Source: an uncultured Acidimicrobiaceae bacterium (GTDB taxonomy: Bacteria > Actinomycetota > Acidimicrobiia > Acidimicrobiales > RAAP-2). From it: DNA of 64,000 nt. Positions 56,414 to 64,000 of this stretch are shown here, piece after piece. How positions within the stretch are numbered: the stretch's first letter is position 1; the number at the start of each line of letters is the position of its first letter. The notes below the pieces were generated by a model that worked only from the letters and a program-made list of their open reading frames with translations, was not told the origin of the DNA and did no database searches. The stretch spans positions 49,639 through 113,638 of the forward strand of contig CAWELJ010000014.1 in assembly GCA_963809825.1 (NCBI GenBank). The letters are read 5' to 3'. Position numbers and translations under genes: made by a program.

Positions 56414-56953
56414 GTGCTGGCGGCGGTCGGCTCCGAGTTCCGCGGGGACGACGGTGCAGGCCCCGCGGTGCTCGATCAGGTGGGTGAGCTCGACGGCGTG
56501 GACATGCTCGGCGCGTTGGCCTCACCACTGGACCTCCTCGGGACATGGGACGGCGCGGACCTCGCCATCGTCGTCGACGCCGTCGACGGCATGGACCCGC
56601 CCGGGGGGGTGTGCGTCATTGAGGTGGACTTGGCGTCCGCACCAGACGTGTCCGGCCGGACGCGGTCGACCGCCAGCAGCCACGGTCTCGGTGTGATCGA
56701 TGCGCTCCGTATCGCCCGCGCCATGGGCACGGCGCCAGAGCGGGTGCTCCTGGTCGGCGTCTCGGGCGGGGACTTCGACCGGAGCGCCGGACTCGGCCCG
56801 GCGGCGTCACGTGCCGTGGAGCAGGCCGCCCGACGGGTCGTCGAGCTCGCCGGTGCAGCGACCGCCCTCGGGGAGGACCGGTCCCCACCTGGAGCCGCGG
56901 ACCGCCTCGGCCCAAGGCGGGGCGGGTCGTTCCAAGGGGACCATCGGCACTAG
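56414..56953 (+). CDS. hydrogenase maturation endopeptidase
   Basis: Motifs VLAAVGSEFRGDDGAG, IVVDAV and HGLGV, typical of the HycI/HoxW-type protease family. Confidence 0.8.
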   Translation: MLAAVGSEFRGDDGAGPAVLDQVGELDGVDMLGALASPLDLLGTWDGADLAIVVDAVDGMDPPGGVCVIEVDLASAPDVSGRTRSTASSHGLGVIDALRIARAMGTAPERVLLVGVSGGDFDRSAGLGPAASRAVEQAARRVVELAGAATALGEDRSPPGAADRLGPRRGGSFQGDHRH

Positions 56954-57002
56954 CCCGCGGCGGCGGGCAGGGAGACACTGCAAGGGCACCGAGGAGGTTG
57001 TC

Positions 57003-58346
57003 ATGAGCTTCCGCGATCGGGTGGATGCCGGTCGTCACCTGGCCGAGGTGGTGCGGGCCGCCGCCGGCATCGGCGAGACGGGCGCCGTCGTCTTGGGACT
57101 GCCGCGCGGCGGCGTCCCGGTGGCCTTCGAAGTCGCACGGGCGCTTTCGGCGCCCCTCGACGTCATTGTGGTGCGGAAACTGGGGGTGCCGTTCCAGCCC
57201 GAGTTGGCCATGGGTGCCATCGGGGAGGGAGGAGTGCGCGTCGAGAACGAAGAGGTCCTGCACACCTGTGGCCTCGACGCCTCCGACGTGGACATGGTCG
57301 AGCGTCGCGAGCGCCCCGAGCTCGAGCGTCGTGCCCGCGAGTACCGCAGCGGCCACCCACGGGTGGATCTCCACGGACGGTGTGCGGTCATCGTCGACGA
57401 CGGCATCGCCACGGGATCAACTGCTCGTGCCGCCTGCCAGGTCGCCCGCGCCCACGGGGCGGCCCGTGTCGTGCTCGCCGTCCCGGTCGCCTCGCGCTCT
57501 GCGGTGATGGGACTGCGCGACGTGTGCGACCAGATGCTCTGCGTCGAAGTTCCCGAGCCCTTCTATGCCGTGGGGGAGTGGTATCGCGACTTCTCGCAGA
57601 CAACGGACGATCAGGTCGTCGAGCTTCTCCGCCTTGCCGGTGCCGCCGATGGCGGCCGGACCGGGCGCGACCTCGGTGACGACGGTCTCCTCCGTGACGA
57701 GGACGTCGACATCCCCACCGGCGACGTGATGCTGACGGGCCGGCTGACCGTCCCCGCCGGCCTGATCGGAACGGTGGTCTTCGCGCACGGGAGCGGCAGC
57801 AGCCGCCACAGCCCGCGCAATCGCTATGTGGCCGGTGTCCTGAACGAGGCAGGCCTCGCCACGTTGCTGGTCGACCTTCTCACTGTGGACGAGGAGCTGG
57901 ATCGTTCCTGCGTGTTCGACGTCCGGTTGCTGGCCCACCGGCTCGACGACGCCAGCCAGTGGGCGAGGCTCCAGCCCGGGGTGGCGTCGGCGGGCGTCGG
58001 CTTCTTCGGCGCCAGCACCGGTGCCGCCGCGGCGCTGTGGGCCGCGGCCCAACCTGAGTGCCCTGTCTCGGCGATCGTGTCCCGTGGCGGACGGCCCGAC
58101 CTGGCGGCGCCTCTTCTCCCGGCGGTGAGGGCGCCCACACTGCTGATCGTGGGAGGCCACGACCAGGTGGTGCTGGATCTGAACCGCAACGCACAGGCAG
58201 AGCTGCAGTGTGAGAGCGTGCTCACCGTCGTACCGGAGGCCTCGCACCTCTTCGAGGAGCCCGGCGCGCTGGAGACGGTCGCCGGCCTGGCTCGCGACTG
58301 GTTCGTGGAGAAGATGGGAACGGGAGGGGGCTCTAGCGATAGGTGA
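57003..58346 (+). CDS. phosphoribosyltransferase domain fused to a dienelactone-hydrolase-like alpha/beta hydrolase
   Basis: GAGGAGG RBS. The PRTase part has VLGLPRGGVPVA and the PRPP loop VIVDDGIATGST. The C-terminal half has VVFAHGSGSSRHSPRN, GASTGAAAAL and GGHD. Confidence 0.85.
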   Translation: MSFRDRVDAGRHLAEVVRAAAGIGETGAVVLGLPRGGVPVAFEVARALSAPLDVIVVRKLGVPFQPELAMGAIGEGGVRVENEEVLHTCGLDASDVDMVERRERPELERRAREYRSGHPRVDLHGRCAVIVDDGIATGSTARAACQVARAHGAARVVLAVPVASRSAVMGLRDVCDQMLCVEVPEPFYAVGEWYRDFSQTTDDQVVELLRLAGAADGGRTGRDLGDDGLLRDEDVDIPTGDVMLTGRLTVPAGLIGTVVFAHGSGSSRHSPRNRYVAGVLNEAGLATLLVDLLTVDEELDRSCVFDVRLLAHRLDDASQWARLQPGVASAGVGFFGASTGAAAALWAAAQPECPVSAIVSRGGRPDLAAPLLPAVRAPTLLIVGGHDQVVLDLNRNAQAELQCESVLTVVPEASHLFEEPGALETVAGLARDWFVEKMGTGGGSSDR

Positions 58347-59025
58347 AGGTCATGGCATTGGACGCCCCGCCCGAGGTGTTGATCGTGACCGACACCGCCG
58401 TGAGGCCCGCTGAAGGCGGGACCGTCACGTTGCAGGAGTTCTGCGTGGGACAGTTCGTCGGTGCCACCTGACCGTTGAACGTGGCCACGATCTGGCCGTT
58501 CGTGCTGAGGAAGTTCGAACCGGCCACCTGGAGAGCCTGGCCCGCGGCTGCGCTCGACGGCGTGAGAGCGGAGATCACCGGCGGTCCTCCCGGGGAAACG
58601 GGCTCCGTGCTGGTGGTCGTGACGCCCGTGGAGGGGGAGGGACGGGCCGCTGCGCCTTTCCCGGAACCGGTGCCGCTGTGGGCCGGGTGGACCGTCGGGC
58701 GATGATGGGGCGCCGTGACCGTCGAGGCCGAGGTCGCCGCCTTGGGGGTCTCGTTGGCGGTGGCCAACGAGACCACGAGACCGGTCGCTGCAGCGACCAA
58801 CAACGCGGCGACAGCCACCACGGCGGTGACGAGCCAGCGGTCGAGTTGGATATCTCGTGCCGTGCTCGCTTCGGACGTCTCGACCGTGCGCCCCCGTGGC
58901 GGGACAGGCGCCTGCGACGCACCGCCGGCCGACTCCCGGGCGCGTCGGACTGCGCTCTCCATTGCACCGAGCGCTCGGCTGCTCGGCGTGCCCTGAGGCG
59001 GCTCTCCCGCGTGCCCGTCCGTCAT
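58333..59025 (-). CDS. single-pass membrane protein with a C-terminal IPT/TIG-like Ig domain
   Basis: TM helix WLVTAVVAVAALLVAAATGLVV, a Ser/Thr/Pro linker, then PVISALTPSSAAAGQALQVAGSNF...VSVTINTSGGASNAMTFTY. The 3' end overlaps the convergent gene by 14 nt. Confidence 0.7.
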   Translation of the reverse strand: MTDGHAGEPPQGTPSSRALGAMESAVRRARESAGGASQAPVPPRGRTVETSEASTARDIQLDRWLVTAVVAVAALLVAAATGLVVSLATANETPKAATSASTVTAPHHRPTVHPAHSGTGSGKGAAARPSPSTGVTTTSTEPVSPGGPPVISALTPSSAAAGQALQVAGSNFLSTNGQIVATFNGQVAPTNCPTQNSCNVTVPPSAGLTAVSVTINTSGGASNAMTFTYR

Positions 59026-59143
59026 CCGGTCCTCCTCTGCCTACCCTTCCCCGAACGGCTGCTCTCATGCATCGAGCAGGTGACGGTCCGCCTGGGGCGC
59101 AAGCGTTGGCAGGAGGGGCCGGTTTCGTGCGACCCTGAACGTC

Positions 59144-60217
59144 GTGTCGCCCTCCCGCCAGATCGTCGTGTGCGACGGCGACGAGACCGGACAGGAGCTG
59201 CTCAATGAGGCGCTGCGGGTCCTCGCCCCCGACGTGGTGGGCTTCGACCTCGATCTGATCCGGTACGACCTATCCCTCGGGAACCGCCGGGCCACGGCGA
59301 ATGGGGTGGTCCGCGATGCGGCCGCGGCCATGCGCGAGACGGGCCTGGGACTCAAGGCAGCCACGATCACCCCGGAGATGACCGGTGACGTCGGGAGCCC
59401 GAACCGCATCCTGAGGGAGGGCGTCGGCGGATCCGTCATCGTCCGGACGGGACGGCGGATCCCCGGTGTCGCACCGCCGGCTCCCGTCGTGCACCCGATC
59501 GTCGTGGTCCGCATGGCGGTGGGCGACGCCTACGGGGCCGAGGAGGGACGCGACGGAGAGCCGGGCACGGGGGCGGAGCAGGCCTGGCGGACCGAGCGCA
59601 TCGACCGCTCCGTCTGCCGTTCCGTGGCGGAGTTCTCCTTCCGCACGGCGTCGAAGCTCGGTGCGTGCGTCTATGGCGGCCCGAAGTGGACCGTCTCGAC
59701 CGTGTACGAGGGGATGCTGAAGGAGGAGATGGACAGAGGGGCGTCCCGCTATCCCGAGGTCATGTATCGCCCGACACTGATCGATGCCGCCTACGCGGGC
59801 CTCCTCACCGAGTCGAGCGGCAACCCGCTCGTGGTCCCGGCCCTCAACCGGGACGGCGACTGCCTTTCGGACCTCGTCCTGGCCCTTTTCGGATCGATCG
59901 CCGGCGCCGAGTCCGTGCTGCTGGCCCTCGACGACGACATGCATCCCGTCGTCGTCATGGCCGAGGCGCCGCACGGCACGGCGCCCTCGCTGATGGGGAA
60001 GAACGTCGCCAACCCGATGGCGATGCTTCTCGCCTGTGCCGCCGTGCTCGACTACGCCGCGCAGGGCGATGCCGAGGTGACCGGGACGTCGGCTGCCATC
60101 CGCCGAGCCACCCTGGGTGCCGCGGCCGACGGGATCCGCACCTTCGATCTGGGCGGAGAGGCCTCGACGTCGGAGGTCGTGGACGAGGTACTGGTGCGGC
60201 TACGCCGCGAGCGTTGA
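59144..60217 (+). CDS. isocitrate/isopropylmalate dehydrogenase-family protein (divergent)
   Basis: Motifs NRDGDCLSDL and EAPHGTAPSLMGKNVANPMAMLLA. The N-terminal VVCDGDETGQEL deviates from the usual GDGIGPE. Confidence 0.82.
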   Translation: MSPSRQIVVCDGDETGQELLNEALRVLAPDVVGFDLDLIRYDLSLGNRRATANGVVRDAAAAMRETGLGLKAATITPEMTGDVGSPNRILREGVGGSVIVRTGRRIPGVAPPAPVVHPIVVVRMAVGDAYGAEEGRDGEPGTGAEQAWRTERIDRSVCRSVAEFSFRTASKLGACVYGGPKWTVSTVYEGMLKEEMDRGASRYPEVMYRPTLIDAAYAGLLTESSGNPLVVPALNRDGDCLSDLVLALFGSIAGAESVLLALDDDMHPVVVMAEAPHGTAPSLMGKNVANPMAMLLACAAVLDYAAQGDAEVTGTSAAIRRATLGAAADGIRTFDLGGEASTSEVVDEVLVRLRRER

Positions 60218-60551
60218 GAGCGGTCTGTCGAATCGCGGCGGCGCCGTGCTCGTCGCCTTCGTCGTGCGCAACCCGCTCCTGGCCTTCGCCGGCCCAAGGC
60301 AGAGCCCCGGGCGCGGTCGAGACGGACGCCGAGACGGTGTCCGTTCCGTTGCGGAACCATTGCTCCATCGGCTTCCGGCGGCTTCGAAGCGTCGCATTTG
60401 ACCTGCGCCGTCCGACACGAGCACCAGGTCCTCCACAGTCTTTCCTCTCATGTGGATTGTTGCAGAGACGTCACCGTTGCCCGCAGACCGACAGGCGCGT
60501 GTTTGAAGTCTGACCACCCCGGGTACACGGGACGGGTTTGGATGCGACGGC

Positions 60552-61460
60552 TCACCCCGACGCGAGGGGAGCGAAGAGATCCCCGTGCGTCTGCACCCTG
60601 TCCAGTACATGGTCAGTGGTGAAGCGGAGGAGCGCGGGGTCGCGCTTCTTGGCGCAGGCGTGGACCTCGGCCAGAGAGACCGGCGTCGAGACGGTCGGGA
60701 TGGACTTCGCTCGAACCGAGTAGACGCCGATTGTCGTCTTGGCCGGATGGTTCTGGCTCCAGTCGATGAGAACGCGACGCGGTCGCAACGACTTCCGCAT
60801 GTTGGACACGACCAGGTCCGGATGCGCTGTTTCGAGTTTGCGAGCAACATCGTGCGCGTGATCGCGCAGCGCATCCCACGTCGTTCTGGGTCTCGTCGAC
60901 GCGTACAGCTGAAGACCCTTCGACCCGCTCGTCTTGGCGATAGCGTCCATATTCTCTTTGGCGAGCTCGTCGATCACCCACCGGGCGACGACGCAGCACT
61001 CGACGATCGAAGCACCCTCGCCGGGATCGAGGTCGAACACCATGAAGTCAGGGTTGGCGGGAAGCTTGCGATGTCGTCCGACGTGCCACAACGGCACGTG
61101 GAACTCGATCGTTCCGAGGTTCGCCGCCCAGGCCAGCGTCGGGAGATCGTTCACCATCGCGTAGGGGATCGCGTCGTTCCCATCGGTGGAGGACACGGTG
61201 ACGGAGCGGACCCATGGGGGTGCATGCGATGGGATGTGCTTCTCGAAGAAGAACTTGCCTTCGACGCCGTCGGGAAACCGCTTCATCGTCAGCGGCCGTT
61301 CCTTGACGTGCGGCAGCATCACGTCGGCGATCCGCACGTAGTAGTCGATGAGCTGACCCTTGGTGAACCCGCACTCTGGGAAGAGGACCTTCTCGAGGTT
61401 GGAGACCGACAGCTCTCGCCCCTCGATGGTGGTCCGGGTCACCGACTTCGAGGCGCTCAT
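60552..61460 (-). CDS. ligD: LigD polymerase/primase (AEP) domain protein
   Basis: Motifs SNLEKVLFPECGFTKGQLIDYY, FDLDP, KTSGSKGLQLY and VLIDWSQN. The ATG overlaps the stop of the upstream PE-ligase gene (ATGA). Confidence 0.9.
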   Translation of the reverse strand: MSASKSVTRTTIEGRELSVSNLEKVLFPECGFTKGQLIDYYVRIADVMLPHVKERPLTMKRFPDGVEGKFFFEKHIPSHAPPWVRSVTVSSTDGNDAIPYAMVNDLPTLAWAANLGTIEFHVPLWHVGRHRKLPANPDFMVFDLDPGEGASIVECCVVARWVIDELAKENMDAIAKTSGSKGLQLYASTRPRTTWDALRDHAHDVARKLETAHPDLVVSNMRKSLRPRRVLIDWSQNHPAKTTIGVYSVRAKSIPTVSTPVSLAEVHACAKKRDPALLRFTTDHVLDRVQTHGDLFAPLASG

Positions 61461-62929
61461 GAACTCTCCACGATGATCTCGTGCGGGTCCTTGTCCGGTC
61501 GCAGGCCTCGCCAGGTCGGGTGTCGGAGGCGGCCCGCCGCCGTCCACTCGCCGAACGACACTTCGCCCACGAGCTCCGGGCGGACGAAATGTGCCGCAGC
61601 GGCGTCAGTGCGTGGCAGCGGGGCGGTGAACGGACTGTCGGTCGACACCAGCGGTCCGAGGTCGTCGAGCAGGGCCTGTCGGTCGGACGCACTGAACCCG
61701 GTCCCGACCTTCCCGACATAGCGCAACCCCCCGTCGGTCGGAAGTCCCAACAGGAGCGCCCCCAAGCTCCCCGCGCGCTCCCCGCGGCCCTCGGTCCAGC
61801 CCCCGATGACGATTTCCTGGGTCCGGAAGGTCTTGACCTTCACCCAGTCCGGGCTCCGCCGACCCGGTCGGTAGGAGGAGCCCAGGCGCTTGGCCACCAC
61901 GCCCTCGAGCCCGTTCTGCACGGCGGCCGCGAGGACATCGTCACCCGACACGTCACGGAAGGACTCGGTCGTGATGAAGCTCCCGCCCGCAAGTTGCAGT
62001 GATTCCAGTGCGGCCCGGCGTTGCTCGTAGCCCTCGGTGAGCAGCGAGTGCCCGCGCAGGTAGAGGACGTCGAACGCGACGTACGTCACGGGATCCGAAG
62101 CCGCCCGCCGACGGGCCTCGCGCTGATTCGCGACGTGCATCCGGTGCTGCAGTGCACCGAAACTGGGGCGGCCGTCCTCTCCCAGTGCGACGATCTCGCC
62201 GTCGAGCACGCAGGTCGTCATTCCGAGGAAATCTCCGACGTCGGCCAGCTCGGGGAACGCGACGGTGATGTCCAAGTCATTGCGACTCAGGGCCCGGACC
62301 CTACCGCCCTCGACGAACAGGATCGCCCGCACGCCGTCCCACTTGATCTCGAAGGCCCACGACGCGCTGTCGGCTGGTAGCTCGCCGGACGTTGCCAGCA
62401 TGGGCTTCAGGGAGGTCGGGAGGGGGTCGGCCCGGGTCGAAGGGCCGTGCAGATGGATCATCCAATTGCGGTCCTTCGTCTGGAAGAGGACGTAACTGCC
62501 CGACACCGTCGAACCGTGGAGGACGAACTTCACCTCGCGGTCGGACCACTTCTCGACGTCGTAGTGGCCCTTGTCCCAGATGAGCATCCGGCCGCCTCCG
62601 TACTCCCCCCGCGGTATCTCACCCTCGAAGGTGGCGTACTCGAGCGGATGGTCTTCGGTGTGCACCGCGAGATGATTGTGGTCCGGAGCCTCCGGGAGGC
62701 CCTTGGGGAGCGCCCAGGAAACGAGGACGCCGTCATGCTCGAGGCGAAGGTCCCAATGCAGGCTGCGCGCATGGTGCTCCTGGATGACGAACCTCGGCGC
62801 GCCCTTGCGCGTCGTCGGACGCCGGCCCATCGGCTCCGGGGTCTTCCGGGCGTTCCGCTTGGCCCGGTAGGTGTCGAGGGTGTCGGTGCGCTTCGTGGCC
62901 CGGGACCCTGGCGGTTTTGGTGTCACCAC
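61457..62929 (-). CDS. ligD: LigD 3'-phosphoesterase + ATP-dependent DNA ligase domains
   Basis: The PE domain has FVIQEHHARSLHWDLRLEHDGVLVSWALPKG and HTEDHPLEY. The ligase has the adenylation motif EIKWDGVR plus an OB domain. The start is taken at GTG about 62929, and the longer ORF-track N-terminus is unsupported. Confidence 0.88.
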   Translation of the reverse strand: MVTPKPPGSRATKRTDTLDTYRAKRNARKTPEPMGRRPTTRKGAPRFVIQEHHARSLHWDLRLEHDGVLVSWALPKGLPEAPDHNHLAVHTEDHPLEYATFEGEIPRGEYGGGRMLIWDKGHYDVEKWSDREVKFVLHGSTVSGSYVLFQTKDRNWMIHLHGPSTRADPLPTSLKPMLATSGELPADSASWAFEIKWDGVRAILFVEGGRVRALSRNDLDITVAFPELADVGDFLGMTTCVLDGEIVALGEDGRPSFGALQHRMHVANQREARRRAASDPVTYVAFDVLYLRGHSLLTEGYEQRRAALESLQLAGGSFITTESFRDVSGDDVLAAAVQNGLEGVVAKRLGSSYRPGRRSPDWVKVKTFRTQEIVIGGWTEGRGERAGSLGALLLGLPTDGGLRYVGKVGTGFSASDRQALLDDLGPLVSTDSPFTAPLPRTDAAAAHFVRPELVGEVSFGEWTAAGRLRHPTWRGLRPDKDPHEIIVESS

Positions 62930-63252
62930 CCACCACGGTACCGAGTACTCGGGTTGGCCGGGCCAGGGAGAGTGGACCCGTGCACGCGAGGGGGTGGAGC
63001 GGAGTGTCCACGCAGGGGCGCGCCGAACCCTTGGTTCACGGAGGGTGTCGACCCTCACACCGGAACGGATGGGAGCGGTTCTCGACACCCGCGACTCCCA
63101 ATGCTCCTGAGTGACGTCGCGCCGGTTGCGCTGCCGCGTCGGCGTCCACGATGACATAGGCGACCCGCAGGTTTGTTGCTTCGGCAGTTTCTGGAGTCTC
63201 GGTGTGGGTATTTCTCCGCGCGCCACCGGACGACGGCAGGAGGTCAAGGGCC

Positions 63253-63843
63253 ATGTCTACAAGCGCCATTGCAGGGAGCGGCCGTATGGAGCGGACAGAG
63301 CTCGATACCCCCGAGCCTCGGGCACGGGTCGATCTGGGACGCGTCGGCCTCGGAACCGCAGGAGTCGTTGGCGTTCTGGTGTCGGCCTGGGGTGGCATCG
63401 TCCCCTATGTCGGGCCCCTGTTCAGCTACAGCGGCGACGGTTCCAGTGCCTGGCACTGGAACCTCGCTCACACCGTCCTGGCGTTGGCTCCCGGCGTTGC
63501 GGGAGTTCTGCTCGGACTGTTCGTGATCGCAGAATCGAGAGGCATCGCCGTCGGCCGGGGACGGCTCAGCCTGGCAATGGCGGGGACCCTGTTGATGATC
63601 TGCGGGGCATGGTTCGCGGTCGGCCCGCTCGCCTGGCCGGTGATCTCGAACGGGTCCGGGTACTTCGTCGCATCGACACACCTGCGAGTCCTGGCGTACG
63701 AGGTCGGCTACAGCATCGGCACCGGCTTGATCCTCGTCGTCTGTGGAGCCTTTGTCGACGGGTGGGCGTCGCGCCACCAGCCGAAGGTGGCCGCCGTGGT
63801 GCCGGCTGATTCGACGCATGGCGCGATCGAGTCGGGGATCTGA
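63253..63843 (+). CDS. four-TM membrane protein of unknown function
   Basis: GCAGGAGG RBS before ATG 63253. There are four hydrophobic helices and the protein is Gly/Ala/Val-rich. Confidence 0.65.
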   Translation: MSTSAIAGSGRMERTELDTPEPRARVDLGRVGLGTAGVVGVLVSAWGGIVPYVGPLFSYSGDGSSAWHWNLAHTVLALAPGVAGVLLGLFVIAESRGIAVGRGRLSLAMAGTLLMICGAWFAVGPLAWPVISNGSGYFVASTHLRVLAYEVGYSIGTGLILVVCGAFVDGWASRHQPKVAAVVPADSTHGAIESGI

Positions 63844-63849
63844 ATCGAC

Positions 63850-64000
63850 ATGACGAAGACCCGAACACGGGGGAACGCCCTCGATCTACTCGAAGAGGAG
63901 GACGTGGAGTTGCGCAGGCTCTTCACCACGCTGCGCCTCAGGCGCGGCTCATCGGTGGACGAGCGGGCGGAGTACGGGGACATCGCCAAGGAAGCGATTC
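63850..64000 (+). CDS. hemerythrin-domain-like protein, N-terminal 50 codons (runs off the right edge)
   Basis: My translation is MTKTRTRGNALDLLEEEDVELRRLFTTLRLRRGSSVDERAEYGDIAKEAI. The DxLxLLxxxHxxxxxLF-like opening resembles actinobacterial hemerythrin-domain proteins, although the usual His is Asp/Glu here. It is a partial ORF. Confidence 0.45.
   Translation, partial: MTKTRTRGNALDLLEEEDVELRRLFTTLRLRRGSSVDERAEYGDIAKEAI

Noticed and set aside
60218-60551. Remnant of a ku gene next to ligD
   Set aside because: Translations in all six frames show nothing resembling the Ku N-terminus or core, so the region was kept only as an unassigned gap.

Overview
High-GC (roughly 70%) chromosomal segment that looks actinobacterial: it carries MmpL, a DUF732-type domain, an F420/PPOX-family protein, DinB/DUF664, LigD and NrdR boxes. 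It is densely packed, with about 62 protein genes and many ATGA/GTGA start-stop overlaps. I found no rRNA, tRNA, CRISPR array, transposase or integrase. Left third (1-21 kb): partial glpK, a class II ribonucleotide reductase (nrdJ) behind a tandem NrdR operator, a DeoR regulator coupled to a decayed MFS transporter, and a membrane protein/MmpL/hydrolase operon. It also holds a tightly coupled five-gene SDR/amidohydrolase/ADC-fold/amidohydrolase/methyltransferase operon, an acyl-CoA dehydrogenase, and a NUDIX gene coupled to NDH-2. Middle (21-38.6 kb): assorted enzymes (aldo-keto reductase, ArfB, SurE, mutarotase, SDRs, arylsulfatase coupled to a PPOX-family protein), a beta-propeller protein, and a CUT2-type sugar ABC transporter with PfkB and ROK kinases. 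Right third (38.7-64 kb) is the most interesting part and looks like a hypoxia/redox-stress island. It contains PEP synthase, an acetyl-CoA hydrolase/transferase, and a four-gene 2-oxoacid oxidoreductase whose ferredoxin module is fused to a GltD-like NAD(P)H flavoprotein. Divergent from that lies a 58-aa ORF, gap, and a group 3b-type [NiFe]-hydrogenase operon. That operon has a stand-alone, HTH-less cNMP-fold protein wedged by translational coupling between the electron-transfer subunits. It is followed by the maturation protease, a PRTase/alpha-beta-hydrolase fusion, a split LigD and a hemerythrin-like gene. Three gene lesions are visible: a deletion scar joining nrdJ to a HAD fragment, a frameshifted and truncated MFS gene, and a frameshifted DinB gene. 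Weak DosR-like palindromes recur in the island's divergent promoters. All functional calls rest on by-eye motif and family recognition, since no database search was possible.
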